Virus record (IMG/VR): IMGVR_UViG_3300017917_004176
Coordinates: 28,172 to 92,171 of that record
DNA from: a virus
DNA: 64,000 nt
Strand: one strand, 5' to 3'
A program made the translations under genes and the position numbers. Below, piece by piece: positions 30,160 to 39,463 of the stretch. Position 1 is the first letter of the stretch, and each line of letters opens with the position of its first letter. The notes below the pieces were generated by a model. The model was not told the origin of the DNA. It saw nothing but the letters and a program-made list of their open reading frames with translations, and ran no database searches.

Positions 30160-33100
30160 TTATAATAATCCATTTTGAGTATTTATTCTATCTACTTTAT
30201 TATTTGTTAAATCTTTTACATATAAAAATAATTTTCCTTGATTTTCTCCAAAAAATAAATAATAATTTAAATTTGAATTAATTTCTGAATAAGAGCCCAA
30301 GCCATCTAAATTTCTCATATAAGCTCTATAAATATTTACTTTTTCATTTTCATCAATTTTTATTGACTCTTGTCTACTATATCCATTTTGTATATTTAAT
30401 CTATTAAAAAATTTTATAGCTATATTAGAAAAAATATTGTCATTTATAGATTTTTTTACAAGCCAAAAATCATTATAATTTTTTTGCACCAAAGGATCTT
30501 TTTTAAATGTAATATTTCCAGAAACTTCGCCGATATTATTTTTAGATAATAATATTGAAGTTCCATTAATAGAAGCAACCTTACTGCCTTCTTTTATTCC
30601 AGTGCCTGAAACTAAATATCCAATTTTAATGTCATTATTATTCGATACTATAATAGTATTTTTATTTATACTACCAGAGCCAGTTTTGGTTATGGACACA
30701 GAATTAATTTCTTTATCTATAAATTTAATAGGAATTAAATAATAATCAAATCCATCTCCAGAGGTTAGCTTTGCTATATAATTTGATTCAAAATCTTCAA
30801 ATGTTTTTGGTATTTTATTTAATGGATTTATGCCTGTTACTATTGAATGAACTCCCCATGATGAGTTTTGAGTATTCCAAATTAATAAATTTTTATTTGT
30901 CATAAAACCATTCTTTATTACTAGTTTTTTAGCTAGATTATTTTCATTGCTAAAAGTTATAGTTTTATTAGAAAAATTATTTTTGTTCTCTAAATCTAAT
31001 GTAATTACTAATCCAGATATAGAAACAACTTTTGAACCAGTAGCAATACCGTCTCCATAAACAAGCATTCCTGGAACTATTCCTGTTGAATTATTTACGG
31101 TAATTGTTTTATTATTTATAGATCCGCTGGCAATTTTATCTAACCCATCTATAAAGCCATAAATTGTATCTGAATTGCCTGGTACAAATCTTACTTGATT
31201 ACCAGACATTAAAAATTCAATTCTTCCATTATCAGGATCGCTTAATGCGTCAAAAGCAAGTCCGAGAGGTTTTGAAGTATATTGAGTTGTAGCTTGATAC
31301 CTAATTTTTCCATTATATCCACTAACAGTTGAAAATTCAAATGTTATATAATATTTTTTTCCATTTTCAAAAGCAATTGAATTTATCCACTCTATAGAAA
31401 TATTTGTATAATTTGGAAAGAATCCCAATGGACTCTTTTCAAATTCATATGAAGATAGTGGTTTTGATTCATTTACAATTAAAGCATTTCCATCATTATA
31501 ATGTATAATAAATTGATAGGACTCAATTCTTTCAAGAGGGTCATCAAATACCCCATTAAAAGAAAAAATTGCTGCATTAATTATATTATTTTGATATAAA
31601 GAGAGACCAGTTCTAGAAGTCCATAATGGGATAGTAGATATACTAGATTGAATTCCTATGTTGGCTAAATTTATTAATATAGGCCTAAATAAAATTTCAG
31701 AGGACCAAGGAGATATTTGATTTTGTATAGTATTTTCAATCCATCCAGTTGTTAAAATTTCTGAAAAAACATTGTTATTATATATAGACCATAAACCATC
31801 TGGATTAAAATCTATATTTTCTGTAGATAATAAATTAATTTTCTTTAATTGGATTTTATAATATTGGTTCCATCCATATAAAACATCTTTATGTTCATAG
31901 TCTATTTCATTATAAAAATCAATAAAACCTTCATTTGATTCAAAATAAGGCCCAAAAGAAAAAGATACTTGAGGTAAAAATTCAATAGTTTGATCTGTGA
32001 AAGTTTGTGCAACTGGTTGATCTAATGAAACCTTTATGTAAGATGGTCCATCGTTGGTTATAATTTCTACTTTTGTAACTAAAGTTCCTAATGGAATTGG
32101 AGGATTAACTACTTGATTAAGATATTTTAGGACTTGGCCTGCTCCGATATCATCAATTGTATATCCTGCAGATAGTTTAACAAACTTATCACCAGCAACA
32201 CCGCTAGCATTTTTTGTTATTTGAGTATAAGAATTTAAATTCTTATCTAAAGTAACTACAATATATCCATTAAAAGCTAATGATATACTAGTAAAAGTTG
32301 CTAAATTTGGAACACTCAAAGTTATTGTAGTTCCAGATGTTCCAGATATTAAAATTACTCTTGCCCCTATACCAATACCACTTCCCTGAACAAACATTCC
32401 TAATTGAATGCCAGTATTACTTGCAACAGTTATAGTTGACTGACCAACTGTGCCACTACCTGTAGTTGTAACAGGAGTAACAGAAGCTATATTTGTAATT
32501 CTAGTATTTTTTGGTATATATGTGTTTGAACCAACTAATTGATTAACAGATAAATTTGTAGAATTATTTACTAAAATTTTATTAGAGTCAAAGGATAAAA
32601 GAGCTCCTACTTTATTATACGATAAAATATATGGCTCTGTGTTAAAAGAAACTTCTTCATTTGTAAATTGAGATGTTGTTTGTCCATTAGATAGAGTGAT
32701 TGTATAAAGCCCATTCACAGGCCCACTTATAGATGAAATTGTAACAGGCTGAGATAAATTTATTGCCGCTATTTTTGCTCCATTAACAATTTGACCTGCT
32801 ATTAAATTTGTAATGCTTGTTGTTGTAATCGCTGTAGCACCAATAGCCGCAGAACTAGCAGTCTTTGTATAAACTATTCCTTTTTCTGCAATTGTTTTAT
32901 TTGTTTTTATTGTAAAAGTATCTCCTGTTGCAGAGTCAATTGTCCAAGTTCCATTTATTTTTGCTGCTTCAGTATTTGATAGAGGAACTTCTTTTATTAC
33001 AATTGAGTATCCAGGTAATAAAGAGTGATTATATGATGTTACAACAATAGTAGAAGCATTAGTTACTCCATCACTTGTAAAACTTTGAATTCCACGATAT

Positions 33101-33876
33101 AATAATCCTTTAGTATCTATTGTTTTTTTAGATAGTTTAAAAGAGCTATTATCATTAGATATAATAACTGTTCCAGGTGCTATGCCAGGACCTTCAATTT
33201 GCATACCAGGCTGTATTGATCTATAATATCCACAAGCTCCAATAGAACTTCCAAAATAAGAGTTTTGTAATATTGATTGTGAAACAGAAAAAGTAAAAGT
33301 ATTTCCATTTATTCCAGTTACAGTCCAAGTTCCATTTAGTTTTTCTTGTTCTGCTCCAAAAGCACCAATAATTCTAATTTTATATCCAACTTGTAATGGA
33401 TTTACACTTCCAAAAATAATTCCTATAACAGTAGTTCCTGTTGTTTCAACAGTATATTGTTGAATATCTAATGAATTTGGAACATAATTTGAAGAAGTGT
33501 AGGAAATAGTATCTACTCCTTTCGACCAAGCAAGTTGACCTAAAGACAATTCTTTTTTATATGAATTTAAAAAAAGATGAGCAGGAATATCAATATAATA
33601 ATTATCATCAGTTTGATCCAATCGTGGCTTTGAAAAATAGTAAGGAATTGAAAATCCTCTTATTGCCAAAGGATTAGATGAATTGGTGGCAGAAACTATC
33701 CTTGTTGCTATATGAGTATATGGTTCTAATGTTGTAGGCCTTGGAACCAATATACTTAAAAAATTTTCTGAGTTAGAATTCAATGTATCATATGGATTTT
33801 CTTTTTCTAGATTTACAATTGCCTTAGAATCCCAAGAGCCTATTGAGGCTGGAACTGTTGGTACCGTTAATCCCAT
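30160..33876 (-). CDS. Large repetitive tail/baseplate protein
   Basis: 1238 aa, Ser/Thr/Gly/Asn-rich; several G(M/Q/Y)xVxGxGIxxGxxV repeats and two FCCH-like modules. Confidence 0.65.
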   Translation of the reverse strand: MGLTVPTVPASIGSWDSKAIVNLEKENPYDTLNSNSENFLSILVPRPTTLEPYTHIATRIVSATNSSNPLAIRGFSIPYYFSKPRLDQTDDNYYIDIPAHLFLNSYKKELSLGQLAWSKGVDTISYTSSNYVPNSLDIQQYTVETTGTTVIGIIFGSVNPLQVGYKIRIIGAFGAEQEKLNGTWTVTGINGNTFTFSVSQSILQNSYFGSSIGACGYYRSIQPGMQIEGPGIAPGTVIISNDNSSFKLSKKTIDTKGLLYRGIQSFTSDGVTNASTIVVTSYNHSLLPGYSIVIKEVPLSNTEAAKINGTWTIDSATGDTFTIKTNKTIAEKGIVYTKTASSAAIGATAITTTSITNLIAGQIVNGAKIAAINLSQPVTISSISGPVNGLYTITLSNGQTTSQFTNEEVSFNTEPYILSYNKVGALLSFDSNKILVNNSTNLSVNQLVGSNTYIPKNTRITNIASVTPVTTTGSGTVGQSTITVASNTGIQLGMFVQGSGIGIGARVILISGTSGTTITLSVPNLATFTSISLAFNGYIVVTLDKNLNSYTQITKNASGVAGDKFVKLSAGYTIDDIGAGQVLKYLNQVVNPPIPLGTLVTKVEIITNDGPSYIKVSLDQPVAQTFTDQTIEFLPQVSFSFGPYFESNEGFIDFYNEIDYEHKDVLYGWNQYYKIQLKKINLLSTENIDFNPDGLWSIYNNNVFSEILTTGWIENTIQNQISPWSSEILFRPILINLANIGIQSSISTIPLWTSRTGLSLYQNNIINAAIFSFNGVFDDPLERIESYQFIIHYNDGNALIVNESKPLSSYEFEKSPLGFFPNYTNISIEWINSIAFENGKKYYITFEFSTVSGYNGKIRYQATTQYTSKPLGLAFDALSDPDNGRIEFLMSGNQVRFVPGNSDTIYGFIDGLDKIASGSINNKTITVNNSTGIVPGMLVYGDGIATGSKVVSISGLVITLDLENKNNFSNKTITFSNENNLAKKLVIKNGFMTNKNLLIWNTQNSSWGVHSIVTGINPLNKIPKTFEDFESNYIAKLTSGDGFDYYLIPIKFIDKEINSVSITKTGSGSINKNTIIVSNNNDIKIGYLVSGTGIKEGSKVASINGTSILLSKNNIGEVSGNITFKKDPLVQKNYNDFWLVKKSINDNIFSNIAIKFFNRLNIQNGYSRQESIKIDENEKVNIYRAYMRNLDGLGSYSEINSNLNYYLFFGENQGKLFLYVKDLTNNKVDRINTQNGLL

Positions 33877-33902
33877 TTATTGTCCTCCTTTTCTCTTATT
33901 AC

Positions 33903-33928
33903 AAAAAATAGGGAGCAAGCTCCCTATT
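33903..33928 (-). terminator. Rho-independent terminator after endolysin
   Basis: AATAGGGAGC/GCTCCCTATT with U run on minus strand. Confidence 0.75.
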
Positions 33929-34667
33929 ATTTTTTGTAATATAATTTGTCACCAATATTTAAAATATTTGGATTTTTTAATAATCTATTTCCAACTAAAG
34001 GATTATGCTTTACCGTTTCTTCAATTAAATTTTTTTGATCTTTTAAGCCAAGTCTTAAAGTAATTCTACTAAGACTATCTCCAGATTTTACTATATAAAA
34101 TAAAGGCTCTACCACTTTTACGCCTTCCGATTTTACTGATGTATTTATTGTTGAAATTGGCTTAATTTCAATATCAGCTTTTTTAGGAGTTTCTTTTTCA
34201 AGAGACTCAAGATATTCAGTTGGATTGTATACATGTAATTTAGATACGAAATCTTCTTCTGTTTGTCCTTCTGCTAGCTCAGGAATTGCTTTCCATCCAA
34301 AAGAAGGCTTTGATTTTTTACGAATTTCATAATGAAGATGAGATCCTGTAGATTTTCCAGTTGAACCTTGAAGACCTACTAAGTCACCTTTTTTCAATTT
34401 ATCTCCTACTTCCACTTTACACTCATCAAGATGAGCATAAACATGCAAAGCGCTATTACTATCCAAGACTGCCACGACATTACCATAGCCTCCAAATCCA
34501 GAGCCTTTTACTCCTTCTCCAGCAAATAATACTTCTCCATCTGTAAATGATTCAATAGGTGAACGATGAGGCTTAACTAGGTCAATTCCTTGATGAAAAG
34601 CCTTGCCACCATTAACAGGGTCAATGCGAAAACCAAACTTGCTTGTAATTTTATATCCTTCAAACAT
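33927..34667 (-). CDS. Endolysin: M23 peptidase + LysM
   Basis: HQGIDL, YAHL, STGSHLHYE; YIVKSGDSLSRI...NPNILNIGDKL. Confidence 0.85.
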   Translation of the reverse strand: MFEGYKITSKFGFRIDPVNGGKAFHQGIDLVKPHRSPIESFTDGEVLFAGEGVKGSGFGGYGNVVAVLDSNSALHVYAHLDECKVEVGDKLKKGDLVGLQGSTGKSTGSHLHYEIRKKSKPSFGWKAIPELAEGQTEEDFVSKLHVYNPTEYLESLEKETPKKADIEIKPISTINTSVKSEGVKVVEPLFYIVKSGDSLSRITLRLGLKDQKNLIEETVKHNPLVGNRLLKNPNILNIGDKLYYKK

Positions 34668-36618
34668 TTATTTTATCCTCCAATTGTTTAATTTTATTAT
34701 TTAATTCTTGAATACTTTTAACTAGCAAGGGTATTAATTTTGATTGATCGATTTGTTGATAAACAGGATTTCCATTTTTATCAATTGCGTCTTTTTCTCC
34801 AGTAACTGCTTCTGGAACATAATTTTGTAATTCATGTGCCAAAAATCCTATTGTTTTTATTTTTATTGGATCATCTTTCCAGTTAAAAGTATAAATAGGT
34901 ATAGATATTATTTTATCTAATGCCTTATCGTATAATTTTAAATCTTCTTTTAATCTATAATCTGAAGTTCCATTTACAGAAATTGAACCATAATTTACAA
35001 CTATACTTCCTACTTCTACAGTATTTTGTGTACCATTGGTTCTAGTAAAAGATATTTTTTTATCCGATGGGCTGGTTGAAGTTTCAACAGCACCCTGAAA
35101 AGAAGTAATAGAATCAAATCCAAATTCTGCAATAGGTGTATTAGCATAAAGAGTGTTGCCATATTTAATGTATAGTGGAACAGAACCTCCTGCTGTAAAA
35201 GCCATGTTATTAGATCCTCTTCTATAAATTCCAGTATTAGTATCATTTGCAAAACTAATCGATGGAGCAGTAGCGGATCCATCTTCGAATTGTATACTTG
35301 AAGCTGAGGCTCCATTATTAAAAACAGCTATTTTATTAAAATCTATTGTAGCATTTCCTATTGCTAAAGCGTTTACTCCATTTGAAGAAAAACCCATTTG
35401 ACCATCGGCCATTTGGTAGATTCCAGTATTTGTATCTCCACTAAATGTAATAGATGGAGAAGTTACATTGCCAACTCCAAATGCTACAGTAGCACCAGTT
35501 GCTCTTACTAAGCTACCACTGCCTGTTGTTGATGACCAGGTTGGAACTGTTCCATTTGAAGTAAGGACTGTATTATTTCCTCCAATAGGAAGTCTAGTAC
35601 TACTATTAGCTGCGTTTCCATAAATTAAATCTCCAACATTAGCTATCGGACTTAAATTGTTAAATGCGACAGCTTTTGTTGTTGCTCCTGTACCACCTTT
35701 TTCCAATGGAACTGTATTAGAATAAGAAAGACCAATCCCTGATAAGTCATTATTACCATCTATAGTAAAGGTTCCTATTACATCTCCACCACTAAATGTT
35801 ACAGTTCGTGCCGTTGTCCATTTTCCTGCAGTAGTTGCAGTAGCTGCAGTAGTTGCAGTAGTTGCAGTACCAACTACCATATTAGCTTGGCTTATCCATA
35901 TTGGAGCAGTTCCATTAGAACTCAATATCTGTCCATTAGTTCCAATATTTAAAAATACAGTATTATTTGGTCCAAGTTGATAAGGTAGGTCTCCAGCAGC
36001 ACCGGAAGCCAAATCATTTGCTTTATCTGCTGTTAAATTACTTGGACTTATCCAGCTTGGACGTCCATTTGTATTATATTGAAGCAACTGTCCTTGAGTA
36101 GCTCCACTTGTTGGTGCTGAAATAAGTGTTAAGTTAGTTTGATCAATAAACTGTACTGTTCCACTTACAGGTCCACTATTTTGAACACTTAAAGTTATTG
36201 TTGTTCCATTAATATTCGTTACTATTGCTCCGGTCCCAATACCAGTACCACTCACATTCATACCAGTAATAATATTCGCAGCGCTACTTACTATTATATT
36301 TGTTGCACCAGATGCTCCTGTCGCACTGGGATTAGCACTTAAAGGGGTATATGTAGGAACTAAAAGCGTTGTATTTGCAGAACTAGATTGTTTAAAATTA
36401 GAAAAATAAGGCGTTGCTAAAACTGGATTCGTTCCAAAAACTAATGCCCCAGATCCAGTTTCACCTGTTATAGCTGTTGCTAATTTTGCACTAGTTGGAT
36501 CTTTTAAAAAAGCTTCTACATTTGGTCCCAGTTCTTTTACACTTGATATATTAGTTTCTGGCCATAAAATAGTATAAGCACTTCCATCATATTGTTTAAT
36601 TTGCATTGGTTTAGTCAT
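34660..36618 (-). CDS. Tail fibre with C-terminal S74 intramolecular chaperone
   Basis: Gly/Thr-rich fibre repeats; TSDYRLKE...GFLAHELQ...LVKSIQEL. Confidence 0.85.
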   Translation of the reverse strand: MTKPMQIKQYDGSAYTILWPETNISSVKELGPNVEAFLKDPTSAKLATAITGETGSGALVFGTNPVLATPYFSNFKQSSSANTTLLVPTYTPLSANPSATGASGATNIIVSSAANIITGMNVSGTGIGTGAIVTNINGTTITLSVQNSGPVSGTVQFIDQTNLTLISAPTSGATQGQLLQYNTNGRPSWISPSNLTADKANDLASGAAGDLPYQLGPNNTVFLNIGTNGQILSSNGTAPIWISQANMVVGTATTATTAATATTAGKWTTARTVTFSGGDVIGTFTIDGNNDLSGIGLSYSNTVPLEKGGTGATTKAVAFNNLSPIANVGDLIYGNAANSSTRLPIGGNNTVLTSNGTVPTWSSTTGSGSLVRATGATVAFGVGNVTSPSITFSGDTNTGIYQMADGQMGFSSNGVNALAIGNATIDFNKIAVFNNGASASSIQFEDGSATAPSISFANDTNTGIYRRGSNNMAFTAGGSVPLYIKYGNTLYANTPIAEFGFDSITSFQGAVETSTSPSDKKISFTRTNGTQNTVEVGSIVVNYGSISVNGTSDYRLKEDLKLYDKALDKIISIPIYTFNWKDDPIKIKTIGFLAHELQNYVPEAVTGEKDAIDKNGNPVYQQIDQSKLIPLLVKSIQELNNKIKQLEDKINV

Positions 36619-36694
36619 TATATCTCTCCTTTTCTCTCAATTCTCATTCTTTGTAAATGAAAGTTGGGTTTATTTATTTTTATTGAAAAGACCA

Positions 36695-39445
36695 TTATTT
36701 ATTTTCTAGTGCCTCAATGCGAGCGAGCATTTCTTCAATTGATTTTTGTTGATTTTTTATAATTTCTAATAGATAAATAGGTAGTTTTTCATAAGCAAAA
36801 TAATCTGCAATACCTTGTTCATCAACTTGATATAAAAAATCTAATTCAAGTTCTTGTGCTTGTTCTGCAATATATCCTAAATTTAAACCAGCTTTTTCAC
36901 CTTGTTGTTCAACTTCTTTTTTATATTTAAATGTAACAGGATTTAATTGTAAAACCTTATAGCAGTCTTTTGTAAAATTACTAACCTGTTCTTTTAAACG
37001 TATTGTAGAAGCAGAAGTTCCAAATTCAAAATTACCACCAGAACCTGCGATTAAAACTGTTCTAGTAGTAGTAACTGCATTGTTCCAAACGTCACCAGAA
37101 CGCATAAATGAAAAACTTGTTGTTCCACCAAATGTTTTAGAACCACCAAAAGTTTGTGTTCCTGTAGAAACAATACCAGCAGTTGTAGTTCCATTTGCAA
37201 CAGGAAGACCGATGTAAGTATCTGCAGTCATAATACTAAAAAATCCTCTATACCAAGAATTCGTGGCTTTTCCAATAGATCCATAATTGTCTAAACTTGG
37301 ATAAATAGCAGGTTCCTCTGCAACACTCGAACCACTTAACCCAGTTCCATCTATTTCAATATTTGCAGTTCCTACACCATCTAACTCAATAACTGTTTTG
37401 GCTCCAGTGGTTGCACTACCAATAAAAACATTTGTATTTGACCCAGAAACTCCACCAGTACCTATATTTATTGTTTTGGTTGTAGCATTAGCAACTGCTC
37501 CTGTATTAATATTTGTGGTTGAAGCTGCAGTTCCATCATAGCCTAAATTTAAAGTAGTTGCAGCTCCTGCAAAATTAATAGTAGTTGCAGTTGTATCTAC
37601 CAAATTAAATGTAGTAGCACTTGTTGTTATGTCTCCACCATTTACAGCTAAATCGCCAGTTAATGTTAAAGAAGTTCCACTTGCAACGCCAATATTAGGA
37701 GTTGTTAAACTAGGAGAAGTTGCAAAAACTAATGCTCCACTTCCAGTTTCATCTGAGATAATGCCGGCTAGTTGTGATGATGTTGTTGAAGAAAATGCTG
37801 AAAGATTATCACTAGTATCTACAAATCTTGTCCAATTTGACCATGTAGAAGCACCTGTTGAATATCGCATCCACATATTTCCATTATTTGTAAGTCCTAA
37901 TTGATGTTGAACTCCTCCAGAGGAATCATTCCAATGAGCTAAATCAAGAACTCCATGAAATGTACCGCCATCATTAAGTCCATCAGTTGTATTTGTTTTA
38001 AGATGTAGGCTTAAGCCAATATATGTAAATGGATTATAATTTGTCGCTCTAGTATCTTTAAATAAAATTCTTTCTGGTACAATATTTGCTGAACCATTAA
38101 ATGATACATCACCAATAGTTCTAGCTGTTGTAAGAGTTGCAGCAGTGCCTGTTGTATTTTGATTTAAAATTGGTATATCAGCAGCAACAATAGCACGAAA
38201 ACTAGGTACGCCCGCAGTTCCATTTGGCGCAGCTAAAAAATAATTTGCAGTTTTAGAGGCATATGGATTTTGTGTATCTCCATACCCAGAAGCTAAACTA
38301 ATAGCTGGAGTTGTTCCACCAGTAGATGATACTGGAGATGTTCCAGTTACAGAAGTAACGCCAGTTGAAGATGTTAAATAACTATTTGTATCTACACTCC
38401 AAGTTCCAGTACCATTAGTTTTCAAAAATCCAGAACTTCCACTTAATCCAGCAATAGCACTAAGATTTGTAGTCGGTAAGGAAGTATTCCATGCTGTCCC
38501 AGTTGAAATTGGGATTCCGGCTCCTGGATATATCATAGATCCTCCACCACCGCCGTTATTTACCCAAGTAACATCATAATCAGTATTACTTGCTTTTGCT
38601 AATACTTGACCAGTGTTTCCTCCAGGCGGAACTCCATCACCAGGATCTCCTTTGGGACCTTGAGGACCAACAATAGAATTAGCTACTTGAGTAGCAGTTA
38701 CTATAATTCCTGGACTTAATGGAGCAACTGGAGAAGTTGTTGCTGGATAGCTAATAATAGATAAAGTAGTTGCACTACCCGACCAATAAAATTCAATAAA
38801 ATCATTTTTATTTAGTGTTAAAACGTAATTCCAACTGGCTATAGCATGACCATTTAAACTACCATGTTTTTGTGGAATAGATATAATTCCTGAACTATTT
38901 GAAATATCAGAACCATTTTTTCTAATCCATACCTTTACATCTTGTTCGTTTGCATCAGTATTTTGAAATTGTATACTAAATTGTATATTATAGGTTCCAT
39001 AATTCTCAAAAATAATTTTTGTATTTAGTGCTGTATTTCCAAGTGAAACGCCGAATTTTTCAAAACTCTTTCTTATGTAAATAGGATATGCAGTATTAGC
39101 TACTACTGTTGCTGGTTGAGAAGCGGCATCATCATAAAAAGAGCCATAGAAGCCTGGGTCACCAAAAACCCCAGGCACTAGGTCAGTTCTTCCTAAAATC
39201 ATTTTTTTATTTGAAAGCGTATTGTTTAAAACTAAAATATAAACAGAGTCGCCAGCGTTAAATCTATCATTCCCTAAAGAAAAAGCTTCATATTGAACTC
39301 CTTGAAATAAAATTGTATATTGATTTGGCTCAAGAGATCGAGAAACTATGGTTCCAATAACTGTTGTATTATAAGGTATTTCTGTTATTTTGTCTTGTAT
39401 CATTAAATGTATTGTTTTTAATATTTCATCTTGAAAAAGACTCAT
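36695..39445 (-). CDS. Tail fibre/spike: N-terminal OB-like, C1q/BclA-like, collagen, fibre, S74 chaperone
   Basis: Follows tape measure; YGSFYD...YNIQFSIQ, GPQGPKGDPG, STIRLKE...GYIAEQ. Confidence 0.8.
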   Translation of the reverse strand: MSLFQDEILKTIHLMIQDKITEIPYNTTVIGTIVSRSLEPNQYTILFQGVQYEAFSLGNDRFNAGDSVYILVLNNTLSNKKMILGRTDLVPGVFGDPGFYGSFYDDAASQPATVVANTAYPIYIRKSFEKFGVSLGNTALNTKIIFENYGTYNIQFSIQFQNTDANEQDVKVWIRKNGSDISNSSGIISIPQKHGSLNGHAIASWNYVLTLNKNDFIEFYWSGSATTLSIISYPATTSPVAPLSPGIIVTATQVANSIVGPQGPKGDPGDGVPPGGNTGQVLAKASNTDYDVTWVNNGGGGGSMIYPGAGIPISTGTAWNTSLPTTNLSAIAGLSGSSGFLKTNGTGTWSVDTNSYLTSSTGVTSVTGTSPVSSTGGTTPAISLASGYGDTQNPYASKTANYFLAAPNGTAGVPSFRAIVAADIPILNQNTTGTAATLTTARTIGDVSFNGSANIVPERILFKDTRATNYNPFTYIGLSLHLKTNTTDGLNDGGTFHGVLDLAHWNDSSGGVQHQLGLTNNGNMWMRYSTGASTWSNWTRFVDTSDNLSAFSSTTSSQLAGIISDETGSGALVFATSPSLTTPNIGVASGTSLTLTGDLAVNGGDITTSATTFNLVDTTATTINFAGAATTLNLGYDGTAASTTNINTGAVANATTKTINIGTGGVSGSNTNVFIGSATTGAKTVIELDGVGTANIEIDGTGLSGSSVAEEPAIYPSLDNYGSIGKATNSWYRGFFSIMTADTYIGLPVANGTTTAGIVSTGTQTFGGSKTFGGTTSFSFMRSGDVWNNAVTTTRTVLIAGSGGNFEFGTSASTIRLKEQVSNFTKDCYKVLQLNPVTFKYKKEVEQQGEKAGLNLGYIAEQAQELELDFLYQVDEQGIADYFAYEKLPIYLLEIIKNQQKSIEEMLARIEALENK

Positions 39446-39463
39446 TTATATCCTCCTTTTTCT

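Noticed and set aside
35016-35315. Alternative-frame and antisense short ORFs (e.g. 35016-35315, 7147-7452, 51858-52217, 63069-63395)
   Set aside because: Shadows of confident genes, with no RBS or recognisable motifs.
34660-39445. Diversity-generating retroelement or invertible fibre locus
   Set aside because: No reverse transcriptase or invertase in the window, and no TR/VR-like nucleotide repeat pair noticed by eye.
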